IMG/VR virus record: IMGVR_UViG_3300035152_000026
Location: 22,002-86,001 of that record
Strand: one strand, 5' to 3'
Origin: a virus
DNA length: 64,000 bases
Shown: positions 36,303 through 45,555 of the stretch, piece by piece
Layout of the letters: each line of letters starts with the position of its first letter
Numbering within the stretch: position 1 is the first letter of the stretch
Position numbers and translations under genes: made by a program
The notes under the pieces: generated by a model
The model's database searches: none
Told to the model about the DNA's origin: nothing
The model's input: the letters and a program-made list of their open reading frames with translations, nothing else

Positions 36303-36548
36303 ATGGCAGGACCGACAAACGCCGATCTACGCAAACAGATCACGAGCCTGGCAACTGAGAAAGCCAACCTGATAAGTGAGGTTTCCCGGCTAAACGGAGA
36401 GGTCACCCAACTGAAAAACCAGTTGGAGCACGAACGCAGACTCCACAAAGGTTACTCGCTGCAACACGAAAAACTGTGTCGAGCCTTCGACGGTTCACTC
36501 GCGTTGCTGCACTTCTTCACAACCCCAGATACGGCGCACCCTCGATGA
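36303..36548 (+). CDS. coiled-coil protein
   Basis: SD ggcggaaagcg. Heptad-like sequence. Confidence 0.45.
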   Translation: MAGPTNADLRKQITSLATEKANLISEVSRLNGEVTQLKNQLEHERRLHKGYSLQHEKLCRAFDGSLALLHFFTTPDTAHPR

Positions 36549-36775
36549 TGAGGCCGAGTAGCATCTCGATGGAGCGCCTGTTTGTGGTTGACCTACCTGT
36601 ATCCGTCGTCTACATCCCGGCTGCTGTGATGACGAAGACGGATGAGGAGGCGTTCGTCGTAATCCTCAAGATGGGTGAGCATACAGTCGGGTCCCTCGTC
36701 GCGAAAAAGACGCGGACGGAGATTCGTCTGCATCGAGAGGTCTTCACAGAAGAGGAGACCGAAAACGGTGATTGA
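36545..36775 (+). CDS. hypothetical protein
   Basis: ATGATG overlap with the upstream gene. Confidence 0.35.
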   Translation: MMRPSSISMERLFVVDLPVSVVYIPAAVMTKTDEEAFVVILKMGEHTVGSLVAKKTRTEIRLHREVFTEEETENGD

Positions 36776-36793
36776 TCGAGGAGAAGCACCTCG

Positions 36794-37573
36794 ATGAACC
36801 TGCCCCACAGCTTGTCACAGCCAGGGTGTATCATGCGCGACGTGAGTATAGAAACCGTCACCAACAAGAGTAGTGTTGTCTGGACCGGAGAACTTCGCGG
36901 CGAAGCTCTCAGACTCGTCGAGGACGCAGAAGGTACGACCGTTGTTGAACGGCTGACTGGACACGATGCATTGGGCAACGAGCGATGGGATCCTGTCATG
37001 ACCAAACAGGCGCTCGATGACGTCCGCGCGATTCTGCCCGCAGGGCTGGAGATCGGGGAGCGTCGGGCAGCGCAGCAAAAAAAGCTCCCCTACGGGTTGG
37101 TTGTGCTTCCCAAAGGGCTTACGTTCCGCGACCTGACCCGTGTCAACGAAGCTGGCGAGCGTGCACTTCTCCTCATGTTCCCCGCAGGTTTCAGCGACGA
37201 AGCGGACAACACAGACGCTGTTGAGCACGCGTTGTGTGGTCAGCATGTCAAGCTGATTTTGGAGGGCAACTACGAGCGTGGATCGTTCTACGTGCGTACG
37301 GCTTCCTACTATCCAGCGGAAGCACAACCTGTCGTCGAAGAGCGCGGCTGCGCGATGGTGACTGCGGCGCTGCGCAACTATCTACGGCGCGGCGATCCAG
37401 AAGAACGGTTCGGACTCGCGAACGCAGCGCACAGCGTGACAGCAACGAGACTTTTGGAGCTGCTAGAAAACGGCGACAAGCGCGCGCTCAGCTTCGTCCA
37501 GGATATGCACAACGCAGCACTGCGTGCTATTCGTCAGCGTACACGCAAGCCGCCCAAGAGCCCGCGGTGGTAG
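36794..37573 (+). CDS. hypothetical protein (259 aa)
   Basis: SD ggagaagcac. Confidence 0.55.
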   Translation: MNLPHSLSQPGCIMRDVSIETVTNKSSVVWTGELRGEALRLVEDAEGTTVVERLTGHDALGNERWDPVMTKQALDDVRAILPAGLEIGERRAAQQKKLPYGLVVLPKGLTFRDLTRVNEAGERALLLMFPAGFSDEADNTDAVEHALCGQHVKLILEGNYERGSFYVRTASYYPAEAQPVVEERGCAMVTAALRNYLRRGDPEERFGLANAAHSVTATRLLELLENGDKRALSFVQDMHNAALRAIRQRTRKPPKSPRW

Positions 37574-37995
37574 TCTGTGTCGTCATAATCGCAGCCGCGA
37601 TTTTCTGGTACGCACTCATTCTGTGGTGTTGGTCGTATTGGGTCGGCGCGGGTCAGCGTGATGGTCGCGGGCTTACACCGACGAGTTGGTGGGCTGTGTT
37701 CACGATGCCCTGGTGGACCGGACGTCTGTGGCTCGAAGTCCAGTGGACGTACTTCGTGGAGCGTCAAAGGGCACGACGGCACCTACGCAAGTTGGAGGCA
37801 ATGGAGCGTGACGCGCCGCCCGGCGTACCACCTGAGTTGATGCAGCGGCTACAAAGTGAAATTGATCGGCTACGCTGCCAATTCGATCCCGACTACCAGC
37901 GTGCTCAGTTGGCTACCAGACAATCTGAGCACCGTCAGGCCAATGTAATAGGATTTCGACATGGACATTCCCGCGATCGACATCGCGAAGATTGA
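37567..37995 (+). CDS. membrane protein
   Basis: GTG start. Trp-rich TM segment VVVCVVIIAAAIFWYALILWCWSYW. Confidence 0.35.
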   Translation: MVVCVVIIAAAIFWYALILWCWSYWVGAGQRDGRGLTPTSWWAVFTMPWWTGRLWLEVQWTYFVERQRARRHLRKLEAMERDAPPGVPPELMQRLQSEIDRLRCQFDPDYQRAQLATRQSEHRQANVIGFRHGHSRDRHRED

Positions 37996-38584
37996 ACAAA
38001 CACTCACGGCCGGCCGTCAGGCAGTAATGCTCGAAAGAGCCCGCCACGCAGCTTTCGTACGCGCTAAAGCCGTGTTGGAGCAACTGTTGCGTAGCATTGC
38101 AGGCGCAGCAGGAGGCATCCGTGGAACGTCGGCTACACGTGTCGGAGGTGTTTTGGTGATCTACCCCGACGAGCACAACCAGGACCTGCAAATTGTAGCC
38201 AATACAGGAGAGTTGAAAGGCTGCGCACAGATGAGTCATTTGCAGGCGGTTTGGCTTGCGCTTCCCATCATACTTGATGAACACATTGCAGCTTGTGAGT
38301 TTGCTTCTGCTGCGGCTGCTGCTCAATGCGACAATGCGAATGCGTTGAGTAACGGTATCGAAGCCGTTAGCGCGCTACTGCAAGTAGCCGCACCGCTGAC
38401 ACGCAAGCGCGCCTTGGTCAAGCGCGTATTCGAGGACGCTGAAATGCAGGCCGCACTCGGTGCTGCAATAAGCACGGAAGACCCGCATGCGATTGCGAAA
38501 CTGATGCATGATCAGGTGGACGACAGCGGCGACGGCGCTGCCAGCGACTTCGAGCGAGAGACGCAAGAATGCAGTCTCACATAG
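37961..38584 (+). CDS. paralog family B member 1
   Basis: 207 aa. Shares ...WLALPIILDEHIAAC...KRALVKR... with the next gene. Sits in a lower-GC segment. Confidence 0.55.
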   Translation: MDIPAIDIAKIEQTLTAGRQAVMLERARHAAFVRAKAVLEQLLRSIAGAAGGIRGTSATRVGGVLVIYPDEHNQDLQIVANTGELKGCAQMSHLQAVWLALPIILDEHIAACEFASAAAAAQCDNANALSNGIEAVSALLQVAAPLTRKRALVKRVFEDAEMQAALGAAISTEDPHAIAKLMHDQVDDSGDGAASDFERETQECSLT

Positions 38585-39240
38585 TGGTAGAAATGGCCAG
38601 TGATAACACTTGGGATTGGGGCGCAGACGAGGGGGCAGGCCACGACTTGGACTTTGATGTGCTCTGCCTTTGCGATGAAGCGTTGGAAGTTTCTCGCAAG
38701 GTGACAAAGCGGGAGCATGAAGTAGAACTAGAATTTCTCCGTGCGAAGGACGCGCTAGAGGTCGTACTCCAAGCGATCGTCAAGTGCTCGAAGGATGGAA
38801 TTCGGGGCCACGCCACATGCGACGCGTCTGGGTACGGTGGGAAGACTCGTCTAATCTATGCTACCGACCCCAACGAGAGAGCACATATAGAAGGCCTTAC
38901 GGGCGCGGTCCACTGTGGCAATGCGCACGAACTCATCTTGCTCTGGCGCGCTTTGCCCGGAATTCTTGCACGGCATATTGCGGCGTGTAGAGCTGATATC
39001 AAAGCGGCTGAGATGCAGAAAAACGCGCTCGCGAGGATATGGCACGGCAGCCAAACACTCCAAGCATTCGTGCAGGAAGTAATGCCGACGAAGTGGAAGC
39101 GCGCACTCATGCGCCGTGCGCTTACTGACGCTGACTTGCAGGACGCGCTCGCAGCGGCTGCCGCAACCGGTGATCCCAAAGCGTCCACAAAGTTACTCTG
39201 TGAGCAAATCGATCAAGCCGAAGAGGCGAGTAAGGAATGA
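38569..39240 (+). CDS. paralog family B member 2
   Basis: 223 aa. Tandem paralog of 37961..38584. Confidence 0.55.
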   Translation: MQSHIVVEMASDNTWDWGADEGAGHDLDFDVLCLCDEALEVSRKVTKREHEVELEFLRAKDALEVVLQAIVKCSKDGIRGHATCDASGYGGKTRLIYATDPNERAHIEGLTGAVHCGNAHELILLWRALPGILARHIAACRADIKAAEMQKNALARIWHGSQTLQAFVQEVMPTKWKRALMRRALTDADLQDALAAAAATGDPKASTKLLCEQIDQAEEASKE

Positions 39241-39434
39241 CCAGAGACTGGCAGGGACTAGGCCGTAAAATTGAACTCCCCGACTACTGTCATCCTATGA
39301 CTGGCCGCAGTTCGGGTGGCCGCAACGATTGCGATCATGACTATCCACCAGAATCCAAAGAAGAGCACGCGGAGTACGTCATCTGGAGGTGCTCTCGATG
39401 CGGGATGCGGCGAAGCTACGAGGTATTCGACTGA
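39237..39434 (+). CDS. zinc-ribbon small protein
   Basis: ATGA overlap. CSRCG motif. Confidence 0.4.
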   Translation: MTRDWQGLGRKIELPDYCHPMTGRSSGGRNDCDHDYPPESKEEHAEYVIWRCSRCGMRRSYEVFD

Positions 39435-39469
39435 ACATGGGCCCTGTCTTACGGCTCAAGGAGACAACA

Positions 39470-39775
39470 ATGCTTCACGGAATCAAAGCTATCATTACAG
39501 TCGGCGTCATTGCTGTTCTGTTGACTGCCATCGGTTTGGGCACGCGGTACTTCGGGCTTTGGGGTGAGACGCGTATCGAGCGGAAGGTCTTCGAGGAGAG
39601 CTATCAGCGCTCAGAGGGCTTGAAGGCGCAGATCGCGAATGACGAGGCGGTGCTTGCTGAGATCAACGCCCAGCTCGAAAACCCCGAGCTGGATACGACA
39701 ACCCGCGCCAACCTGGAAGCTCAGGCGCGGGCAACTCGAATTCGCCTTCGCACTGCGAGGGCTCAACAGAACTGA
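39470..39775 (+). CDS. membrane-anchored coiled-coil protein
   Basis: SD aaggagaca. N-terminal TM helix. Confidence 0.5.
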   Translation: MLHGIKAIITVGVIAVLLTAIGLGTRYFGLWGETRIERKVFEESYQRSEGLKAQIANDEAVLAEINAQLENPELDTTTRANLEAQARATRIRLRTARAQQN

Positions 39776-39785
39776 GGAGAAGACG

Positions 39786-40391
39786 ATGAGGATGATGCGA
39801 CAGGACTGGATAGCTGCGTTGGCCGTGCTGGTGCTCTTCGGCTGCAAGAGCGATGGCGGTTGTGAGGACGAGGGCGGATGTGGTGATGACACAGCATCGT
39901 CTGAAGACACAAAAGTGGTCGCGCGACAACAGGCGCAGTACGCCAAAGCGCAGCCCATCCCTGTTTTCAACTGGTCGTTGGAACGTCAGCTCGTGATCGA
40001 GCTGTACAAGGTACGCAACCAGAAGGCCAACACTCACTCGGTCTGGCGCTCAGACTACGGTATGGTTGAGGGCGATTGCCCGTCCTACGGTTATGGTATT
40101 CCCTACGACACGAGCTTGACCAATCCGCTGGTTGCCACTGACATCGACGACGAAGGCGAGGAGAATGGTAGTGGCGCACTTACGTCCATCGAACAGCCAG
40201 AACCCAACGGCATCTTCGCCTCGAAGAACACGGCCGCAACCTGGGTACTCTGCCTCGGTGAGTCTGGCCAGCTCGAACCCGTCTATGTCGAGACCAAGGT
40301 TACGGTCTACCCGGGACCGGTGGTAGTAGACTACGCAACCAACCGCGTGACCCGGTCTGGTGCCTCCAACGTCTTGATCCCGAAGAGATGA
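39786..40391 (+). CDS. putative lipoprotein
   Basis: SD gaggagaag. LVLFGC lipobox. Confidence 0.55.
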   Translation: MRMMRQDWIAALAVLVLFGCKSDGGCEDEGGCGDDTASSEDTKVVARQQAQYAKAQPIPVFNWSLERQLVIELYKVRNQKANTHSVWRSDYGMVEGDCPSYGYGIPYDTSLTNPLVATDIDDEGEENGSGALTSIEQPEPNGIFASKNTAATWVLCLGESGQLEPVYVETKVTVYPGPVVVDYATNRVTRSGASNVLIPKR

Positions 40392-40591
40392 CCAAGAAGC
40401 TGACAAGCCGCTACTGTTGCTGGGACTGCAACCACAAGTGGCGAGCGCGAAGTACGGATCGCGGTGAACTCTACTGGGAACAGCACGTCGAGAAGTGTCC
40501 GAAGTGCGGTAGCTGCCAGTTCGAGGAGCACTTCCCGGACGGCTGCGTGATGCAGCCCTACGTGCCGAAGAGCCAGCGCGGCGCAGCGTAA
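40388..40591 (+). CDS. zinc-finger small protein
   Basis: ATGA overlap. CCWDC...CPKCGSC. Confidence 0.45.
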   Translation: MTKKLTSRYCCWDCNHKWRARSTDRGELYWEQHVEKCPKCGSCQFEEHFPDGCVMQPYVPKSQRGAA

Positions 40592-41166
40592 TGTCTAACG
40601 AGACTACAAAGCTGGTGCAGCTCGCTGCTGAGAAGCTTGGCTTCGATCCGTCGATGACACGTCCACGCAAACTTATCGCGGCGTATATCGCTTGGGAAGC
40701 CTTGACGATGACGGCCAACGCGAAATCGCATAGCGCCTTCCGGCCTGGCAGCTGGGCTCGGGATATCCGTGCCGAGGCAAAACGGTTAGCGCGTCGAACT
40801 ATTGCCTACCTAGAAAAGCAAGGCTACTCACCTGAAGCGTTGTACGCGACGCCTGATAGCCTTGATGCGATCTCAGCCGTTGTCATTGCGTTGGGTGCGC
40901 AGCCGAATGACGTGTTGGAACCCCCAAAGTACCTTGCCGACGACGAAACCGTCCCGCTGGTATACCGGGTGACTACACTACCGTGGAAGTGGACTACGCT
41001 GATCACTATCAATCTGATCCTCAAGGCCGTGCTAACGGTCCGTGCCGATCACCGTACTGTGGTTGCAAACTGGGGCTCCGACTCCATCGACTGGTCGCGC
41101 GAAACCGCTGATGAGCTGGAACAGATAACCACTGCTGAGCTGGCACAGATGGGGCCGGTGCGATGA
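40591..41166 (+). CDS. hypothetical protein
   Basis: ATG overlapping TAA. 191 aa. Confidence 0.5.
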   Translation: MSNETTKLVQLAAEKLGFDPSMTRPRKLIAAYIAWEALTMTANAKSHSAFRPGSWARDIRAEAKRLARRTIAYLEKQGYSPEALYATPDSLDAISAVVIALGAQPNDVLEPPKYLADDETVPLVYRVTTLPWKWTTLITINLILKAVLTVRADHRTVVANWGSDSIDWSRETADELEQITTAELAQMGPVR

Positions 41167-41239
41167 GCTGATCCCGTGATGACTCGACAACTCCTGTGAG
41201 TTGCCCAGTGACTGCGAAATGGAAAGTTGAAGGAGAGAA

Positions 41240-41497
41240 ATGGCTGAGTATGAGGATGTAGAGATCGTCTGTGCGGATTGCAAGAAGGCCTTCCTGTTCA
41301 CTGCTGGCGAACAGCAGTTTTTCGCCGAACGCGGTTTCACACCACCAAAGCGGTGTAAACCATGCCGTGACCAACGCAAGGCACGACGGAACGCAGCACA
41401 ACACTCAACGGAACGCCCCCAACAACATGCAGCACTCGGCGACTGGCACGACGTGTGGGAAGAGGATCACAAGCCCCGACGGAGGCGTCGTCGATAA
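41240..41497 (+). CDS. conserved small zinc-ribbon protein (CxxC...CxxC)
   Basis: SD gaaggagag. VEIVCADCKKAFLFTAGEQQFFAERGF motif resembles a widespread zinc-ribbon family. Confidence 0.55.
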   Translation: MAEYEDVEIVCADCKKAFLFTAGEQQFFAERGFTPPKRCKPCRDQRKARRNAAQHSTERPQQHAALGDWHDVWEEDHKPRRRRRR

Positions 41498-41997
41498 TGC
41501 CCGATTGGATCAGCGAGGAAGGCGTTGAAGCCGCGCCGCACGCGGTACGTGAAGTCATGCGTAAACTCATCGAAGACAGTGGCCCGACACGTCGGCGTCA
41601 GATCGGCGAGCGCAGAGAGAAGCTGTTCATCGTGGCTCCCGGTTTTTATCCTCCGGTGGAACGAGACAGCAAAGCGGAACTGATTGAGGTTGCGGACAAC
41701 GCTGCGCCACTTGTTCGCGTTGATGTCCTCAACTACAGGAACCCATTCACGCGCAGCGATCCGGGTTGGCTACTTATAGGTTGGCGAGAACCGACAGAGG
41801 AGGAGCTAGCTGAGCATTACCAGACAGTGGCCACCAGGATTGCCTACCACCCGGAAGTGGGTACGAAGCAAGCACCGCAGAGAACGTGGCTGCGCCGACT
41901 CTGGTGGCGTATGTGGCTGCGCCAACTTTGGTGGCGTATCCGTCATCCTCACTACAGTGTTCTGCCGGTAGCAAGAATCATTCAAAGGGATCAGTGA
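41497..41997 (+). CDS. hypothetical protein
   Basis: ATG overlapping the upstream TAA. Confidence 0.5.
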   Translation: MPDWISEEGVEAAPHAVREVMRKLIEDSGPTRRRQIGERREKLFIVAPGFYPPVERDSKAELIEVADNAAPLVRVDVLNYRNPFTRSDPGWLLIGWREPTEEELAEHYQTVATRIAYHPEVGTKQAPQRTWLRRLWWRMWLRQLWWRIRHPHYSVLPVARIIQRDQ

Positions 41998-41998
41998 C

Positions 41999-42160
41999 AT
42001 GGTGGAGAAGAACCGCCTCATCACCTTTGGGGTCTGGTTCGTATCGATCCAGGTTGCCCTGGTTAGCGGCTTCCTGTCGGGGGTCGGGGCCTTCCTGGTC
42101 TCGACAGCCGGAGCCTCTCTCCTCCATCGACTGATCAAAGGCAAAGGGCTGTACGAGTAA
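41999..42160 (+). CDS. small membrane protein (53 aa)
   Basis: Two hydrophobic segments. Below the ORF-track cutoff. Confidence 0.3.
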   Translation: MVEKNRLITFGVWFVSIQVALVSGFLSGVGAFLVSTAGASLLHRLIKGKGLYE

Positions 42161-42181
42161 CCTACATAGGGAGTTCATGAC

Positions 42182-42781
42182 ATGAGTGGAGGCAGCTTCG
42201 ACTATCTGTATCGGAAGGAACCGGGTGAGGTACTCGCGTGCTCTTACGGAGTGCGCGAGATGCGCGATGTGTGCATACGCGAAGGACTGCACACGGCAGC
42301 AGAGTTGCTGGCCGCATACGTGACCGTTCTCGACACCTGCCGAATAGAAATTGAGGCATGGCACAAGCGGCTTCAGCCGTTGTTGCAGGCCGTCGAGTGG
42401 TGGCGGTCGGGCGACTGGGGAAGAGAAAGCGTGGAGGAGGCCTTGGTGCAGATGCATGGCTCCCCTGCCGGTGGCGAAAGGGATCAACCAGTCGGTGGCG
42501 AAAGGAATCGGCCAGGTAGCAGAAGCGCACCTGACTGTGGGTTGAACGACGACTGTCGGCGATTGGAAGAGGCAGCTGCCGAAGCCAACGCTTTGGTGCT
42601 TTTTCATGAGAAGCGCATCACGAAGTTGGAAGCAGCTCTCGACGCGATGGCGCACTACTTCTTGCCTGAGGTTCACCGAGGCCCGGACGACGATGGTTGG
42701 CTAGAAGCTGTCGGGCTATTCCTCGCTGTGCGGCCGCAACACGAGCTGAGTGAGGACCTACACTTCTACGTTGATGGCTAA
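42182..42781 (+). CDS. hypothetical protein
   Basis: SD agggagttc. 199 aa. Confidence 0.5.
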   Translation: MSGGSFDYLYRKEPGEVLACSYGVREMRDVCIREGLHTAAELLAAYVTVLDTCRIEIEAWHKRLQPLLQAVEWWRSGDWGRESVEEALVQMHGSPAGGERDQPVGGERNRPGSRSAPDCGLNDDCRRLEEAAAEANALVLFHEKRITKLEAALDAMAHYFLPEVHRGPDDDGWLEAVGLFLAVRPQHELSEDLHFYVDG

Positions 42782-43682
42782 GTGGCGAACGTGGCGAGGG
42801 AGGTGGCGAGTGGCGTGCCCTGAAGGACCGCCTGAGACGTGGGGCCGCGGAAAACGGCGCTATCCTACGCGTGATGAGAAGCGTGCTCGAACGAAGGCTG
42901 CGTCCAACACATTCCGCCGGAGTTGCCCGTTCTGTGGTAACCGGACGATGGACGCTGACATCGATGACGACACACTCGCACGTATCGTCTGGCGTTGCCC
43001 GTTCGGCTGCGGCCTTGAGTACCCGCTCTGCCACACGTGTTTTCCGCATGTGCACCATCAGCCGCAGGACCAGGAGCTGATACGTTGGGACGCGCTGCAT
43101 TTGCATGACGGTTGCTGGAGCGCGACGCATTTATACGACGGTAGTGAGGAGGATGGCGGAGCGACTCATGCAGCGTTGCAGACCAACAAAGATCTGCGTC
43201 GCTACACGGCGTTGTTGGCTGCTGAAGTTTGGCCACAGGACGCGCAGGAGCCTGGCTACGACCTCCATTGTTGGATTCGTGTAGCCGCTCGCGGACAGTT
43301 CGTGCAGGCAGTAGAGTGGCGCCATGCCTTGACCAAAATCGCAGAGCCGGGTAGGCAAAGTGCATTCTCCTGTGCTGTCAGCGCAGCCGCAGTACATGTC
43401 CTCACGCAAGTTAAGATCCACGGTAGGCGTCACACGAATCAAGCAAGCCGCTATGCGACCGCCGTCGAGGCCGCTGCAACAGCCTCTGGCGTGTCCGACG
43501 CACGCCGGGCGCAGCTGGTGGCCACTGTCCTGACCGACCGGTGGAGCCGCGGAGAACGCGTCTCGCAGGACGTCCGGGACGCAGCCGCGGCCGCGATCTC
43601 GATAGGCCGGCGCGAGTTCGCGCAAAATCTGGTCGAGATGTGGGTAAATGACCAGCGAAAACGGCGATCTACCGGAGCATAG
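42774..43682 (+). CDS. Cys/His-rich hypothetical protein
   Basis: ATG overlapping the upstream stop. Several CxxC motifs. Confidence 0.5.
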   Translation: MAKWRTWRGRWRVACPEGPPETWGRGKRRYPTRDEKRARTKAASNTFRRSCPFCGNRTMDADIDDDTLARIVWRCPFGCGLEYPLCHTCFPHVHHQPQDQELIRWDALHLHDGCWSATHLYDGSEEDGGATHAALQTNKDLRRYTALLAAEVWPQDAQEPGYDLHCWIRVAARGQFVQAVEWRHALTKIAEPGRQSAFSCAVSAAAVHVLTQVKIHGRRHTNQASRYATAVEAAATASGVSDARRAQLVATVLTDRWSRGERVSQDVRDAAAAAISIGRREFAQNLVEMWVNDQRKRRSTGA

Positions 43683-43734
43683 GCGTCAGCACCGGATTTG
43701 AGGCCTGGTGGCTGGGCTCGGGGTCAGATCCAGC

Positions 43735-43830
43735 CAGATCTGAGCCCTTGAGGCGCCCAGAGCGAGATATGCGCTAAGTACTTGATAATATTAAGATATT
43801 ATAGGTAAATTTGCCAGTTGACGATAATAC
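43735..43830. promoter_or_regulatory. AT-rich island upstream of int (candidate attP / int promoter)
   Basis: tacttgataatattaagatattataggtaaatttgcc is strongly AT-rich against a ~62% GC background and contains imperfect inverted repeats. Confidence 0.35.
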
Positions 43831-44914
43831 CGGTTGTCGGGCAAGCTCTCAGATCATGTCCGAGGGAACCGACCTGATCCCGCGCCCACCCTGGCAAATT
43901 AGGCCCTCAGACGCTGCTCTGAGCCCCGATCTGCAAGACCGCCTAGAGGAGGCACTCCTGGCGTTCCGGCGCACCCTGGACTCCCCAGAGAGCGTACGCG
44001 GCTACCGTGACGACTGGCGCCGCTGGGTGGCTTGGCTCTCCGCCGAAGGGGTCCATCCACTGCACGCGCTGCCCCTGCACGTTCTGCGCTATCTCGTGAG
44101 CATGCAGGACGCTGGCAGGGCGAAGACGACGCGCTCACGCGCACTGGCCGTGATCCGTTCGACCTACGCCGCGCTGGTAGTTGCGTTCTCGGAGGTGCCT
44201 GGGGTGCTAGACGCAAACCCCGCGCGCGAGGTCCGAAACATCAAAGTGGATCACGAGCCGAAGACGCCCTGGCTCGCAGAAGACGAAATGCGCCGTCTCC
44301 TAATACGGCCGCCGTCAACCGCGCCGTGGGTAGAACGTCGCGATTGGGTTATCTGCGCCACGCTAGCAGGTACGGGTTGGCGTCGAGCGGAGATCGCACG
44401 CCTTCGTCGTGATGCGCTCCTCGACACCCCTGGTGGCTTCGCTGCGCAAGTGCACGCGAAAGGTGGCAAGGATGCCATCGTGCCACTTCCAGTTTGGTTG
44501 TCGCACGAGCTGGCGGAATGGTGCCAAGCCAATCGTATCGACGCAGGGCCAATATTCCCGCGACGCGAAGGCGCCGACGTGGCCGTTGGCCCCACGACAG
44601 TCAGGAACGCCGTGAAGCGATCAGCGGAACGCGCAGGGCTCGACCTGACACGCGCAACACCTCATGCGATTCGGCGTTCGTTCGCGACGATTACAGGTCA
44701 GCGTGGCGTCTCAATCGAAGATCGTCAGGCGGCGATGCTACATGCCTCAAAGGCGACAACAGAGCGCTACGACAAAGCGAGCAAACTGCCAGCACAAGCA
44801 CCCGGCGAAGTGCTTCGCGATCTTGTCGAGCCATCGAATGGCGAAGCAAACGCCGCCGCATCAAATGACACGCAGCCAAAAACTTGGCCGCCGCGTCGAG
44901 CTGATTACGAGTGA
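43811..44914 (+). CDS. int: tyrosine recombinase / phage integrase
   Basis: C-terminal catalytic motifs HAIRRSF and TTERYD (R...HxxR...Y). Preceded by an AT-rich region. Confidence 0.85.
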   Translation: MPVDDNTGCRASSQIMSEGTDLIPRPPWQIRPSDAALSPDLQDRLEEALLAFRRTLDSPESVRGYRDDWRRWVAWLSAEGVHPLHALPLHVLRYLVSMQDAGRAKTTRSRALAVIRSTYAALVVAFSEVPGVLDANPAREVRNIKVDHEPKTPWLAEDEMRRLLIRPPSTAPWVERRDWVICATLAGTGWRRAEIARLRRDALLDTPGGFAAQVHAKGGKDAIVPLPVWLSHELAEWCQANRIDAGPIFPRREGADVAVGPTTVRNAVKRSAERAGLDLTRATPHAIRRSFATITGQRGVSIEDRQAAMLHASKATTERYDKASKLPAQAPGEVLRDLVEPSNGEANAAASNDTQPKTWPPRRADYE

Positions 44915-45162
44915 AATGTATCGTCAGGATAGACGGGTGAGACTTGCTCAACGGCGTCCAGCGCAGCGCGGCGAACCGCTGCCCACGCCGCGGTGTAGCC
45001 CTCTCGCCATCCTGCGTCCTCGCCTGACGCGACGATGCCGAGACCGTGGCGTAGTAGATCGCGGAGCGCAGCAGACAGGGATATGCCGCGGGTCTGCGCA
45101 TGCTGTACCAGGTACGTGTGTAGCTCGTCGTCAAGAAGCACGTTGATGTGGTGTGACGCCAT
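44905..45162 (-). CDS. ribbon-helix-helix (CopG-like) DNA-binding protein
   Basis: INVLLDDELHTYLVQHAQTRGISLSAALRDLL. Convergent with int. Paralog of 15987..16238 (shared WREGYTAA motif). Confidence 0.55.
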   Translation of the reverse strand: MASHHINVLLDDELHTYLVQHAQTRGISLSAALRDLLRHGLGIVASGEDAGWREGYTAAWAAVRRAALDAVEQVSPVYPDDTFHS

Positions 45163-45200
45163 GAAAATATGCTAGCAATGTTCAAGGGTTATGTAAAATT

Positions 45201-45216
45201 GATCGCGGATGCGATT
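45201..45216. promoter_or_regulatory. GATCGCG-GA-TGCGATT degenerate operator-like site (copy 4)
   Basis: Divergent region between the RHH gene (45162, -) and 45304 (+). Two mismatches. Confidence 0.4.
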
Positions 45217-45277
45217 TTCTTGAAGATTCGGAGGGTGCCAGCGTCCAAGTTGTGGAGGCGCTAAGAGCGCCACTACG

Positions 45278-45291
45278 GACCCCGAGGGGTC
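45278..45291 (+). promoter_or_regulatory. GACCCC-GA-GGGGTC start-proximal motif
   Basis: 12 nt upstream of ATG 45304. Confidence 0.5.
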
Positions 45292-45303
45292 GAATGGGAT
45301 AGG

Positions 45304-45555
45304 ATGATGAAGCTCAGCAAGCCGCAAGAGAGATTCCTGTTAGTGCTGGAGGCGTGCTCGACAAGCGTACCTCCGGCGGACGGACAGCGGGACGCTGGGC
45401 GGCGCTGTAGCGCCTGGCACCGGACGGCTGAGAGCCTCCGAGACCGTGGCCTGGTGCACGTACGCCGTAAAGGCAACGGGTACGTGGCTACCCTCACGCC
45501 GCTCGGTCAGCAGTGGCTGAAGAGCCGCTGGAACCGTGCGGAGGATCTCGCATGA
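45304..45555 (+). CDS. hypothetical protein
   Basis: GACCCCGAGGGGTC motif 12 nt upstream. Confidence 0.45.
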   Translation: MMKLSKPQERFLLVLEACSTSVPPADGQRDAGRRCSAWHRTAESLRDRGLVHVRRKGNGYVATLTPLGQQWLKSRWNRAEDLA

